A DNA stretch of 63,773 nt, counting the filler, from Guillardia theta CCMP2712 (lineage: Eukaryota > Protista > Cryptophyta), in NCBI RefSeq assembly GCF_000315625.1. It is 5 parts of 5 records of this genome, joined end to end, with 100 filler letters (N's around TTAATTAATTAA, not from the genome) between each part and the next. Parts side by side here need not be neighbours in the genome. Positions count along the whole stretch, not along the records: positions 22,685 to 53,523 come from NW_005434583.1; positions 53,624 to 58,172 come from NW_005434111.1; 3 more parts are not named here. One strand, given 5' to 3'. The notes under the pieces are model-generated. The model did no database searches. It saw nothing but the letters and a program-made list of their open reading frames with translations, and was not told the origin of the DNA. The translations under genes were made by a program, and so were the position numbers. Positions 46,764-58,272 of the stretch are shown piece by piece (position 1 is the stretch's first letter; each line of letters opens with the position of its first letter).

Positions 46764-47913
46764 ATGGCGGCCGCTGCGCTCCTGGCGCTCTCGACATGCG
46801 CGATGAGCGCGAGCGCGTTCGTCATCCAGAGCTCTCCTATGCACAACCTTCACCGAGTCGCTTCTCCTCCATCCCTTGTCTCTTCATCGGGCCGCCTTCA
46901 TCAGATCGCCATGGCTCCTCGCCTGCATGGCAGGACCAATGGGCACTCGCTAGGCGTAGCGATGTTGGCGGGAGCAGGAGCCTCTGTCGTCAAGCACCAG
47001 CAGTCATCACCTGCCCGCCTTGGACCTCACATCAAGATTGGTAAGAAAGGCGCGATCTTGAACCCATGGGGCCTGTGGGTGTTGACCTACTCGATGATCC
47101 TGGCATTCGCCGGGTACTTATACTTGAAGGTGCGCCAGGCTCTCTCCTTCTTGTTCTTGGGGAGGCTGAAACCGACGGCGGAGCACTGCTGCTGGATCAT
47201 GCACTCCTGGTGCAAGATCGTGCTCTCCATCGGCTTTTCAGCGCCTGAGGTAGAGGGTCTGGAGAACTTGCCGCCCAAGGATGAGACGGTCCTGGTGGCT
47301 GCGAACCACATGTCATGGTTCGACGTGCCAGTCCTCCATGGCTTCTTGGCAGGGAGATTGCTGTGGTCGTTTGCGAAGGCCGAGCTGGTGAAGGTCCCCG
47401 TGCTCGGGACGTACATGCAGACAGCGGAGCACATCCTGATCTCCAGGGAGTCGAGGAAGAGTCAGCTGGAGTCGCTGAAGAGCGCCATCAAGACGCTGTC
47501 CCTCAGCAGGAACGTGTTCATCTTTCCCGAAGGGACGAGGAGCCTGGACGGTGAGGCTGCTTGCTCCTGCTGTGGCTGCGCACGTGACGAGGTGCCTTCC
47601 AGGGAAGCTGAGGCACTTCAAGGGCGGAGCCTTCACCATCGCGCGCAAGAGCGGCGTTAAGATCGTCCCCGTGACTCTGATCGGCAACGATGTTGTCTTC
47701 CCCGCCAACGCTCTGATGCCTCTGTGCCCCGGCAGGGGGATCATGAAGATGGTGAGAGGGAGCGCGCGTTGCCTTTCCTCCCGCTCCTTACAAGGCCCGT
47801 GGCAGGTTGTACACCCGGCCATCGACCCAGAGGGGAAGACCGACGAGGAGCTCATGGAGGAGACGAGGGTCGCGATCGCCAGCGCGTTGCCGGCAGAGAA
47901 AGTCGCTTCATGA
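46764..47913 (+). CDS. plsC: 1-acyl-sn-glycerol-3-phosphate acyltransferase (LPAAT), plastid-targeted
   Basis: Signal peptide ending SASA-F; catalytic NHMSWFD (HX4D), AKAEL..VP..G, FPEGTRS|GKLRHFKGGAF, IVPVT; two short introns. Confidence 0.95.
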
Positions 47914-48099
47914 TTGTCCTATACTTGAAAAACACAACTCCACCCTCCATCTGCGGCCGACAGCAGTCAACCTGTTCAGCCGTCCTACCTCCCTTGATCC
48001 CATCACCCCCCGGCTAACTCCCCGGCCCCTACCCTGACTTGAGCACGGGGAATTCAGTATGAGGAGGATGGTTTCCGAAAGTTCAGCTGGGGAAAGCGA

Positions 48100-49538
48100 T
48101 GGCCAGTGCGGCCTCCAGCGGCTACAAGGTGAGAGTACCTCTCCTGAGGAGGCTTCTGAGGTGACTTGGGCGGGCCCTGACCCCCTCCCCTCTTGTCCGC
48201 TCTCCTTCCCATCCTGGATGCCTGCCGGCAGTATCAGCAGGGCGGCAGGAGGCTAAGAGGAACTCACATGGTATGCTCTTTCAGCTTTCTCGGTGTTCCT
48301 GCCTGTCAGTATTGCGCTCCTCCTCTGTCGCTGCAAGAAGACAGCCCGAGTGTCCAGGAGGTTGTTGAGATCGACTTGTCCTTCCACTGTACAAAGCTCA
48401 CCAGAAAGAGCAGCTCAAGAGGAAGGAGGGGGAGGGGAAGTGAGGGAGTGAGGGAGTGAGTGAGGGAGGGAGAGTTAGGAAAGGAAAGGAGAAGGGGAGG
48501 AGAGAGGAGAGAGCAGGAGAAAGGAAGACGGGGGGAGGGAAAAGGGTGGGGAAGGGAGATTTCAAGCAGGAAGGAGGCTTTCTCTCACCAGGGGCAACGT
48601 AGGTCAGAGCGTCAGGGTCCTCTGGTACCCACTCCAGGCACCAAGGGTTCATGCGCTCCATCACTTTCTTAGCGTGAGGGTCGTCTGCTCTTGGCCGTCA
48701 GCATCCTCAGCTGTAGAGGAGGAGGAAAATTCGACCGAGCGGATAAGCGCAAGCGATCGCTGAGGAGTTTGCTCGAGGAGGCATCGGGCCGTCCACGCTG
48801 ACGATGAGTAAGCGGCGCGGTGTAGGCATGCAAAGCAGATTGGCACGAGACAGAAAAAAGGGAGGAGGGGCAGGGGCAGCGAGGAGGGGCGATGAAGGCA
48901 GCTGGCGAACAACCGATCTTTTGGGCGGAGGAGGCGACAGGATTGCTTGTGCTGGCGCCAGTGGATGCTGCAAGGAGATCAGTCGAGCATGCGAGATCAA
49001 GGGATGTCATGGCTGCCTCAGACAGTCTCCATCGCAGTATGATGCCCTCCCGCACATGGCACACTCGCAGTCAGCAGGTTCGCCGCAGTACCAGCTGCAG
49101 AGCAGCGGAGCAGGAGGCTCCTGTCACTTCTCTCTCATAGTCACAGCGGCAGTGCTCACCAGATACTGTCTTCCGGCACAACCTCAGTCCATGGGTACAT
49201 GGGCCGATTCGATTGCATAGACTCCAAGTTGAACTGAGAGAGTGAGTGAGAGCAGGGCAGGGCAGGGCAGGGCAGGGCTGAACATCCTGACCTCAGGAAT
49301 GTTCCAGTTCAAACCGACGTCCTCAGTGCAGTTATCCGCAACCTCATCATATTTCCTAGTCAAGTACAGCTGCGTGAGCTTGTCATCAAATTCTTCAGTG
49401 TCCATCGTGGAATCTATCGAGCATGTCAGAGAGCAACTGCAGCAGCATGTCATGGGGTGTCTGACCAGTGGAATACAAGCTGTCGACCCCCGAGGTCAGG
49501 AGGAGGAGGAGACAGATACGCAAGCCAACTCTCGCCAT
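48100..49538 (-). CDS. MYND-type zinc-finger protein with N-terminal signal-like peptide, multi-exon (3' end uncertain)
   Basis: MARVGLRICLLLLLTSGVDS leader; spliced CSWYCGEPADCECAMCGRASYCDGDCLSIHWRQHKQSC fits the MYND Cys/His spacing. Confidence 0.72.
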
Positions 49539-50243
49539 CGCCACGGATCAGCCCAGCTCGCATAAACAAACTTCCTCTACGTCATGAGCAAGCTCCACGA
49601 TATGAAAGTGTTCAGCAGTACAATGGCGATGCTGTCTTGAAGCCTCCGCCATAAAATTTTAACATCTGCAAGGTTCTGGTCAGCATAGCCGTATCTCAAT
49701 CCAGCCGTCCTCCAGCCCTCGATCAACTTTTCACAGCTAGCCATCGCACGAAATGAGTTGATCAAATATCATCATGTTTCTTCCAGAAACAAGCGGAGGA
49801 ACGATTTCAACAATGAGGATGTGATGGAAGCGAAGCAGGGAAACGCACAAGGAGAACAGACAGGACGAAGGGGAGAGAATATGAGAGAGGAGAGGAGAAG
49901 AGAGGAGAGTGGAGAGAGGAGAGAGGAGAGAGGAGATATGGTTGGAGGGCGAGCAAGCATCTGATGCGCCCGATACATCGCCATGGCCACTAGTGGTTTC
50001 CCGGGCCGAAGTCCGCGGATGTTGGCAAACCTGAGTTTCAACGCAGGCGGGTCTGGGTGGGTCCTACGCAGGTTCCAAAGGGGGGTACTCAGATGGTTCC
50101 AGTCAGGATCCTGTTGGGTCAAACTCGGTACTCCGACGGCGTAAGCGGGATGGCGGCTCGCAGCCGCGAAGATGAGGAGTGATGAAGACAGCAAGAGACC
50201 TGACTGAGATAGGAGGACACTGACAGTGACAGCCACGAGGGAC

Positions 50244-50942
50244 ATGGCGATTGGCGATGTGATGGAGGGCTTGGACGGGAGTAAGGTTGAGATGTTCTCG
50301 TTTGAGAACCAGACACGGGAGAGAGTGCTTGTCTCGCTGTTCGAGGGAGAGAGCTGCGTCCTCAAGGAGAGTTCCTTCATCGAGAGCGGAGGGATGTCGC
50401 CCGTGATGGACAGCAGACCCGGTGATGAGATCTACGTGACAGATCCCACTGGGAAGATGCTATTCATGCATGAAGGGAAGGCGGCGACGAAGGGGCAGCA
50501 AGAGGAGCTGACGAGGACGTGCTGCAGGGTGTTGACCGCTCTGACAGAGGCAGAGACAATGCTGAGGTTGACTCCGATCCTTGTTGAGCACGCCAATCAT
50601 TGTCTGGAGGAGTGTGAGGAGATGGAAGAGCTCTTGGGAGCCATGTGCAGCAGAACCAGCTCGGGGGGCGAGTGTGGAAAAGTCGACGAGCGCGAGGAGG
50701 GTGGGTGTGGAAAAGTCGACGAGCGCGAGGAGGGAGAGGGAGGGGAGGCATGCTGCAAAGATACCGAGAGGGCGATCGAACAGGAGCTTGAGGTGATTGG
50801 AAACGATCTGGTGGAGGTGGGGAAGATTTTCTCAAGCATCGCCTACTTGTACAACGTCAACGGGGAGGAGCAGTTCTCTGTTGAGGACATCGTGAGGTAC
50901 ACCAGGGGACATAACAGTGAATTTCATTTATCAACTGATTAA
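50244..50942 (+). CDS. Hypothetical protein (5' end uncertain)
   Basis: Long ORF with coding-like composition and an internal duplication CGKVDEREEG x2. No family recognised. Confidence 0.55.
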   Translation: MAIGDVMEGLDGSKVEMFSFENQTRERVLVSLFEGESCVLKESSFIESGGMSPVMDSRPGDEIYVTDPTGKMLFMHEGKAATKGQQEELTRTCCRVLTALTEAETMLRLTPILVEHANHCLEECEEMEELLGAMCSRTSSGGECGKVDEREEGGCGKVDEREEGEGGEACCKDTERAIEQELEVIGNDLVEVGKIFSSIAYLYNVNGEEQFSVEDIVRYTRGHNSEFHLSTD

Positions 50943-51074
50943 AGCTCAACAACATACATCTCTATTAGATTACAAGACAGACCTCAATGAGATGGAATTT
51001 CTTTTCACACTATCGACATAACATACACAGAGCTTTCTTCCTGACGTTGACATGTCGAGGCAAGCTCATCTTCA

Positions 51075-53230
51075 TCATCTCTGGGCCAGTTCCTTCACAA
51101 CCTGCTCGTAGTTGCTCTCCTGCTCAGGTGTCAGCGCTAACAAGGCACGAGGGCCTCCACTGCCCGACCTGCAGCAGCCTGCGATAGTTTCCAATGCTCC
51201 ACCTTCACAGACATCGTAACTTGATAGGCACACTTGGAACAAGGACAAGTCAGAGCTCACATGTCATAGTCGCCTCCTTCGCAGACAAACTTGCGCTGTG
51301 CATGCAGCTCGACGAACGTCGGGTCATCGTCTGCAGGAGCAGGAGAGTTCAAGAAGCTGCAGGCGATCGCCGTCTTGCTCACCTTCTTGGAGCGGAACTA
51401 CACCGTGAGATTGCGAGGTGAAGCCGCAGGTGAGGTAGGCGACGAGCTTGTGCGCGAGCGGACGGAGGGGAGTGTGAGAGAGGAGGATGTAGAGGGCGAT
51501 GAGAGCAGCCAAGATGACGTGAGGGAAGGTCACTGTCCAGAGTAGCAGAGTCAGCCTGATGCAAGGAGATGCTAGACAGAGGCGCAGACGCAGGGACAAG
51601 CAAGAGAGGCGGAGGAGGACGAGGAGGAGGAGGAGGAGGAGAATGGGAGGTGGGGGAGGAGGAGGAGGAGGGGGAGAGCGGGGGAGGAGGGACTCAGGTT
51701 CAGAATGGGAGAGAGGAGGAGGAGGCACAAGTCGTGGACATATGGAGGAGGGGCGACCTGAGTTGCTGCCTCGGCTCAAGAAGCTGTAAAGTGCTTGCCT
51801 CCCTGTATCTAGACAGATCTGTGCCGACACATCCCAAGCACAGGAGGAGGAGGAGGAGCACGCGACCTTGTCGAGCTGATTGCACTGGACGCCCGAGGAG
51901 ACGATGACGTTGGGACGGGGAAAGAGAGCCGCTGAGCCTACACACCCGTTGAGGAGGAGGACGATAAACGAGGAGAGGTATGAGGAGGAGGAGGGAGGAG
52001 GAGGAGCGAAGAGGAGCGAGGCAGGAGGCAGGAGGAGGCAGGAGGGGCAGGAGGAGGAGGAGGCAAGAGAAGGGAGGAGGGAGGCAGGAGGAGGCAGGAG
52101 GCAGGAGGAGGCAGGAGGAGGCAGGAGGCAGGAGGAGGCAGGAGCAGCAGCTAGGATAGAGGAGGGCGAGCTGCAAGAAAAGCAAGAGCGCCGGGACCAG
52201 GAGGAGAAGGGATGGGACGAGGGAGCGGTGACGTCACCTGAGTCGCTGGTTGCCGAGTACGTCCAGACAGCGAAGGCGGCATGCAGGAAGACAGCATACT
52301 TCATGAGGAGGAAGAACTCCTTGAGCAGCTGAGGGAAACGAGCTCACGAGCCAGAAACCTCCTGGTCCTCTCCTGCTCACCGATGAAGAGTAGAAGGCTG
52401 GGGAGCTTGAGAATCGGAGGAGGATGACCTAGAGGAGGGTAAGGGAGATGGAGGATGAAGGGGAGGGGGAGGGGGAGGGGAGGCTGACCTTGTCGCATGC
52501 GTATGTTAGGAGGCAGAAGAGAGAAGCGACGAGAAGGAGGATCTGAGGGATGAGGCATCAACAAGAACTGATATTCCCCTGCCCCTTCCTCCTCCTCTCA
52601 GAACTCTCTCCCTTCCTCCCCCCCACCCACCGTTCCTCCCTCCCTCCCTCCCTCCCTCCTCCCTTTCTCCCTCCTCCCTTTCTCTCTCCCCCCTTTCTCT
52701 CTCCCAGTCTCTGTTCTCTACCGGCATCCCCGAAGACAGGAGCATACAAACGAACAGAACGTTCAGCAGGATGCCCAGCCTGCTGCCTAGCTCGAAGGTC
52801 TAGACCAGAAAGTGAGTTATGAGACGGGGAGGGTTGGGAAAGTGAGGATTCAAGTGAGAGAGGATATAGAAGGGGGAGGGAGAGAGAAGAGGGAGGAGAG
52901 GGAGAGGAGGACAGAGAATAAGAGGGAAGGTAGAGGAGAACGAAAGGAGGTGGAGCCGGGTGTGCTTACAGCCTCGAGGAAGTGACGGTTGAGCGATCGC
53001 TGCGTGATCTTCTGAAGCAGCAGCAGGGGGAGAAAACATCTACGCAGCAAACCTGGAGGAGGACGAGGATGAGCAGGGAGAAGGAGGAGGCGAGGAAGTT
53101 ACCGTAGAGGATAGGAAGGAGGGGAAGGATTATGTTCACTGCTACATTGAGGAGCAGAGCGACGCCGACGGCAGCATACCATGCAGGGCTGAAGTCTGGG
53201 TAGGGGCCAAAGAAGAGAGGAAAGTATTTG
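51075..53230 (-). CDS. Multi-pass membrane protein, TMC/OSCA(CSC1)-like channel C-terminal half, 5' truncated
   Basis: PDFSPAWYAAVGVALLLNVAVNIILP; RSVRLYAPVFG; LLMKYAVFLHAAFAVWTYS; final TM TFPHVILAALIALYILL. Resembles the DF...WY..VG and YAV.LH..F..W.YS segments of protist TMC/OSCA-like proteins. Confidence 0.6.
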
Positions 53231-53523
53231 AGAAAGTCAGGATGCGACTGTATCCACGCCTGCCATGATGCTATCAGGGGAGACGAGAGTGAGAGAGGGA
53301 GAGGGAGAGGGGGAGGGAGGAGGAAAGGGAGGAAGGGGGGGGAGGAGGGAGAGGGAGAGGGAGGAGGGGAGGGAGGAGGGAGGAGGGGAGGGAGGAGGGA
53401 GGAGGGGAGGGAGGAGGGAGGAGGGAGGAGGGAGGAGGGAGGAGGGAGGAGGGAGGAGGGAGGAGGGAGGAGGGAGGAGGGAGGGGTAGGGGGAGGAGGA
53501 GGAGGAGGAGGGTAGGAGGAAGG

Positions 53524-53623
53524 NNNNNNNNNNNNNNNNNNNNNNNNNNNNNNNNNNNNNNNNNNNNTTAATTAATTAANNNNNNNNNNNNNNNNNNNNN
53601 NNNNNNNNNNNNNNNNNNNNNNN
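53524..53623. other. Artificial contig linker
   Basis: N-TTAATTAATTAA-N. Confidence 0.97.
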
Positions 53624-54336
53624 AGAAGATCGACCTGATCTCATACACTGAGCTGGCGAGGAAAAACCCGGCCATCAAAGACCAACTGAACAAATACATT
53701 GGTGAAAAAAGTCAAATAAGCAAAAGATTCAAGAAAGAAATATCAGACAAGAAAAATGAGATATTGCAAGCGATGAGTGAAAATCAAACAACAAATGCGA
53801 AGGAAAANNNNNNNNNNNNNNNNNNNNNNNNNNNNNNNNNNNNNNNNNNNNNNNNNNNNNNNNNNNNNNNNNNNNNNNNNNNNNNNNNNNNNNNNNNNNN
53901 NNNNNNNTCCGATAGTCAAAGAAGAGCAACGATTGATCTTCTACCTAGTGGATTTTTAAATCACAGTCCTCTATGGGACGACAATTCAGAATTTTCAATC
54001 ATCACAGTTCTGAAGATACAACCATCTATCTTCCTTGGAAAGGTCCGCACACCCTTCGACCCCAACCAGANNNNNNNNNNNNNNNNNNNNNNNNNNNNNN
54101 NNNNNNNNNNNNNNNNNNNNNNNNNNNNNNNNNNNNNNNNNNNNNNNNNNNNNNNNNNNNNNNNNNNNNNNNNNNNNNNNNNNNNNNNNNNNNNNNNNNN
54201 NNNNNNNNNNNNNNNNNNNNNNNNNNNNNNNNNNNNNNNNNNNNNNNNNNNNNNNNNNNNNNNNNNNNNNNNNNNNNNNNNNNNNNNNNNNNNNNNNNNN
54301 NNNNNNNNNNNNNAAGAGATCAAAACATTGCTTAAA

Positions 54337-54765
54337 ATGACAGAGAAATACAACGAAATCAAGGAGCGTATGATCAAAAAAACGATTACCATGCTAGAGA
54401 ATGCATATGAAACTACTATAACCCCAACCACGAAGAAAATGATAGCTTTGATCAAAGGTCTACTTCTATTCAATAAGACCATCCGTGTCCGTGGCAATAC
54501 AAACACATCCCTTGCCAAGGCACTGAAGGCAGCCGCGAAGAACCCGACCGGGGAGAAGAAGGAGAAGAAACAAGCCAATACAGCAAACACCCCGTCGCAC
54601 AAGCTCGCCAAAGAGCGCGGTGTAATACCCCCGGGCAGTAACAAAACAAAGAAGGGGAAAGGGAAGGGGAAAGGGAAAGGGAATGGAAACGGTAAGGGAA
54701 AAGGGAAAGGGAATGGAAAGGGAAAAGGGAAAGGGAATCAGAGAGGTCAGGCAGCCAAGAAATAA
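54337..54765 (+). CDS. Highly basic protein with (GK/GN)n tail; true start probably upstream in the gap
   Basis: Intronless, K-rich, ends KKGKGKGKGKGNGNGKGKGKGNGKGKGKGNQRGQAAKK*. Confidence 0.65.
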   Translation: MTEKYNEIKERMIKKTITMLENAYETTITPTTKKMIALIKGLLLFNKTIRVRGNTNTSLAKALKAAAKNPTGEKKEKKQANTANTPSHKLAKERGVIPPGSNKTKKGKGKGKGKGNGNGKGKGKGNGKGKGKGNQRGQAAKK

Positions 54766-54847
54766 TGGGAAGAATGGCACGCCCACTCTTTTGGTCCGTA
54801 TTTAAAGCCATGGGGAGCGGTATCGGAAGAGCTGGGAGTGACAAGCC

Positions 54848-55624
54848 ATGCCCACCTACTCCAAGCAAGATGGCAAGATCTACAAAGGCAGCTGGAACAA
54901 GGAGAACATGCATTACCAGACCTTCAAGAAGGCCCTGGCGGACCACCAAATCGACCACTCCAAGATCATCTTCAAGGCAGACGGGTCGGTGATGGCCCAG
55001 GAGCTCGACGCATTGCCTATCTGGAGGAGTGACCGGGTCGATGTCCTGGCAAACATGCACGATGGTGACTACCTGTACCTCCATATGGTGAACATCAACA
55101 ACATGAACGCCGACAAGAAGTACGTCCACTTCTACATCCTGAAGAGCAACGCGGAGGTGGAGCTCGGCAAGGCCGGCATCACCGAGGAGCAGAAGGCCAT
55201 ATGGACCAAGCGTAAAGCATACGACGAGAGGATGATGAACGAGGCCAAGGCACTCGCCATGCAAGGCAAGCTTTTAAAATGGCAGACAAGATTGTACAGC
55301 AAGCCCATCGATCCCAAAGACATACAGGAAGGTGACTTTGATGAAGTTTCCATGTGGAATGCAGCCACGGTCATGCCAACGCGCTACAACCTGGATTATT
55401 GGATCATACTCTGCAACGAGAACAAAGCCAAGAAGGTGTCCACCCCCAAGTTGAAGCAGCTCAAGCAAGAGAAGAAGGCAAAAGAGGCCATGAACGCCAA
55501 CCCACAAGCCATGGTGACGGGAGCGTCGCAGTTCAACGGCGGCATGGATTCGGACTTGGAGCTTTCGGAGGACGACGACATCTCGGGCGCGCTGAACTCG
55601 GCGGCCCGCAACCTCTACATGTAG
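54848..55624 (+). CDS. Intronless hypothetical protein, virus-like
   Basis: 258-aa ORF with strong C/G third-position bias, no low-complexity sequence, preceded by GTATTTAAA. Confidence 0.75.
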   Translation: MPTYSKQDGKIYKGSWNKENMHYQTFKKALADHQIDHSKIIFKADGSVMAQELDALPIWRSDRVDVLANMHDGDYLYLHMVNINNMNADKKYVHFYILKSNAEVELGKAGITEEQKAIWTKRKAYDERMMNEAKALAMQGKLLKWQTRLYSKPIDPKDIQEGDFDEVSMWNAATVMPTRYNLDYWIILCNENKAKKVSTPKLKQLKQEKKAKEAMNANPQAMVTGASQFNGGMDSDLELSEDDDISGALNSAARNLYM

Positions 55625-55688
55625 ATTCCCATATCATATTATCATCATAAACGTTACGAATTTTACTCTCATGTTAGTTTAGAAAGAC

Positions 55689-57400
55689 TTAGAAACTCAG
55701 AACGAGTCGGCGTCCTCCACGCTGGGCGCGGCCCTCTTGCGGCAGTCTTGGCCTCCTGGGCGGCGTTCCCCATCCCGGGGACGGAGGGGCGCGGGAGAGA
55801 GAGTTGAGCTGCATGCAGAGGTAGTTGGGGACGGCCTGCATGTCGAGGTCCACGGCGTAGCCCTCCGGGTTGAGCTTGGGTCCGAGGTCGATGTGGACGC
55901 GGCAGCACTTGGGGACGGGGTAGGACGCGTGGTAGGGCTGCCAGTCCATGGACACCGATGGGTCGACCGGGAGCTCCTTGGAAGGGTCCGACAGGATGCG
56001 GAGNNNNNNNNNNNNNNNNNNNNNNNNNNNNNNNNNNNNNNNNNNNNNNNNNNNNNNNNNNNNNNNNNNNNNNNNNNNNNNNNNNNNNNNNNNNNNNNNN
56101 NNNNNNNNNNNNNNNNNNNNNNNNNNNNNNNNNNNNNNNNNNNNNNNNNNNNNNNNNNNNNNNNNNNNNNNNNNNNNNNNNNNNNNNNNNNNNNNNNNNN
56201 NNNNNNNNNNNNNNNNNNNNNNNNNNNNNNNNNNNNNNNNNNNNNNNNNNNNNNNNNNNNNNNNNNNNNNNNNNNNNNNNNNNNNNNNNNNNNNNNNNNN
56301 NNNNNNNNNNNNNNNNNNNNNNNNNNNNNNNNNNNNNNNNNNNNNNNNNNNNNNNNNNNNNNNNNNNNNNNNNNNNNNNNNNNNNNNNNNNNNNNNNNNN
56401 NNNNNNNNNNNNNNNNNNNNNNNNNNNNNNNNNNNNNNNNNNNNNNNNNNNNNNNNNNNNNNNNNNNNNNNNNNNNNNNNNNNNNNNNNNNNNNNNNNNN
56501 NNNNNNNNNNNNNNNNNNNNNNNNNNNNNNNNNNNNNNNNNNNNNNNNNNNNNNNNNNNNNNNNNNNNNNNNNNNNNNNNNNNNNNNNNNNNNNNNNNNN
56601 NNNNNNNNNNNNNNNNNNNNNNNNNNNNNNNNNNNNNNNNNNNNNNNNNNNNNNNNNNNNNNNNNNNNNNNNNNNNNNNNNNNNNNNNNNNNGGATGATC
56701 TCGATGCTCTGATCGTGACACGTCCCCCGGAGTGTCGACCTTTCGTGGCATTGTTCGGCTTCAGGAAGAGCTTGACGAGCGTGAAGGGGTGGATGGTGTC
56801 CACATCCGGGAACAGCGCCCTCTGCCCGGTCTTCTTGTTCTGCTTCTCGAACTCGAAGGTCTTTGTCGTCGTCGAGAGCCGCAGGGTGCAGCCCGCCTGG
56901 ACCAGGGTAGCGACGTCCTTCCTCACGGCGCCCTTGTACTGCTGGTTGCTCTCGTGCTTGTCGAAGGAGTAGATCATCAGGCCGCGCCTCCCGTCCGCAT
57001 CGACATGGATCTCACTCAGGAACTCGGCGTTCTTGAGCGGCTTGTCCTCCAGCGGCGCCTTGCCCCAGCCCGCGGAGAAGGGCGCCAGCACCACAAAGTG
57101 GCTCGGCAGCGACCTGGAATCGCCGCCCGACATCGTCTTCGCCTGGTTGAACACCCCCAGGCGGCAGTACACCGGGTCCACCACCATCGCGATCACCGTG
57201 GGGAGGTTCTCGTGGCGGTCCTCCGGGGAGGGGAGCGCCAGCCCCTCCAGCCACAGGTTGCTGGGGTGGAGGAGCGGCTCGGGGACCAGGAGCTCCGTGT
57301 TGACGGTGGCTTCCTGCATAGCTTCTGCGGTAGCTTCTGGAGCCTCATCGACCTCCATGGAGGCATCGGACTCGGGGCGGTTGTTCTTCTTCATAGGCAT
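55689..57400 (-). CDS. Intronless hypothetical protein, virus-like (middle lies in an N gap)
   Basis: MPMKKNNRPESDASMEVDEAP... is open to the gap at ~56693; coding-like sequence resumes at 56003-55689. Confidence 0.65.
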
Positions 57401-57550
57401 GCTACTCTCGCGTGGCGGGAATAGTCTTGGACGGGCGGCGGCGGGACGGGCTACTTGGAGGGAAAACCCCTGTTTTTTTTGGGTATTTAAAAAAAAATAA
57501 AAAAAAACAGGAAAAAAAAATCTAGGGGCGGGCTTCACTCCCCACACAGC

Positions 57551-57739
57551 ATGGTGATGGAGCAAGAGGAGAAGGAGAAGCGAATCCGCTCCCTCGCGCT
57601 CTCCATCGAGCTCATCAAGAACAACACAACCTACACACGCACCGACGGTATCCAGCAGAGCTTCAACTACCGGGTGTCTGTCAACTCCCCCTCGGGGTCT
57701 TTCTTGGGAGTCACGCAAACCAATGACCCGATATTGTAA
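57551..57739 (+). CDS. Small hypothetical protein
   Basis: 62-aa ORF with the same codon bias, downstream of an A/T-tract promoter-like region. Confidence 0.45.
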   Translation: MVMEQEEKEKRIRSLALSIELIKNNTTYTRTDGIQQSFNYRVSVNSPSGSFLGVTQTNDPIL

Positions 57740-57759
57740 TTGAAGGATCAAGCTTCGTT

Positions 57760-58137
57760 TTAGGTCTTGTCTGGTTGTTTAAGAGCGAACATCATGATGA
57801 AATGAAAATGATATCCTGAAGTATGCTGCTGTATGTTATCCAAAAAGTTGCTGTAATGAAATTTTATTCCGAATCTTTTGTTGATCTCTTTTTCCATATC
57901 TTTCATTTCACGTATTATTTTATCGAGATGAGACAATCTGTACTTCATTATCATATATGGGTCATTCAATGAATGGATATACAACAAAGCACCTATATGA
58001 TTCTCTATGCTGATTGAAGTTACGTTCAATATATCATTCTTTCGTTTCTGTACGATATCAAAAAGTTTTCCACGTTCGTTCAATTCTTCGTAATAAGCAT
58101 ACAAGGATTTAGTCAAATAACTAAGGGTTCGATTCAA
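57760..58137 (-). CDS. AT-rich hypothetical protein
   Basis: 125-aa open frame in AT-rich DNA. Non-ATG start, so may be 5' partial. Confidence 0.45.
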   Translation of the reverse strand: MNRTLSYLTKSLYAYYEELNERGKLFDIVQKRKNDILNVTSISIENHIGALLYIHSLNDPYMIMKYRLSHLDKIIREMKDMEKEINKRFGIKFHYSNFLDNIQQHTSGYHFHFIMMFALKQPDKT

Positions 58138-58172
58138 TGATTCTTAAGGGACCGCGAAACTGTGCGGCCGGT

Positions 58173-58272
58173 NNNNNNNNNNNNNNNNNNNNNNNNNNNN
58201 NNNNNNNNNNNNNNNNTTAATTAATTAANNNNNNNNNNNNNNNNNNNNNNNNNNNNNNNNNNNNNNNNNNNN
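58173..58272. other. Artificial contig linker
   Basis: N-TTAATTAATTAA-N. Confidence 0.97.

Noticed and set aside
50270-50470. VHL beta-domain-like pattern (FENQTRERVLVSLF)
   Set aside because: Lacks the conserved Trp/His residues; too weak to call.
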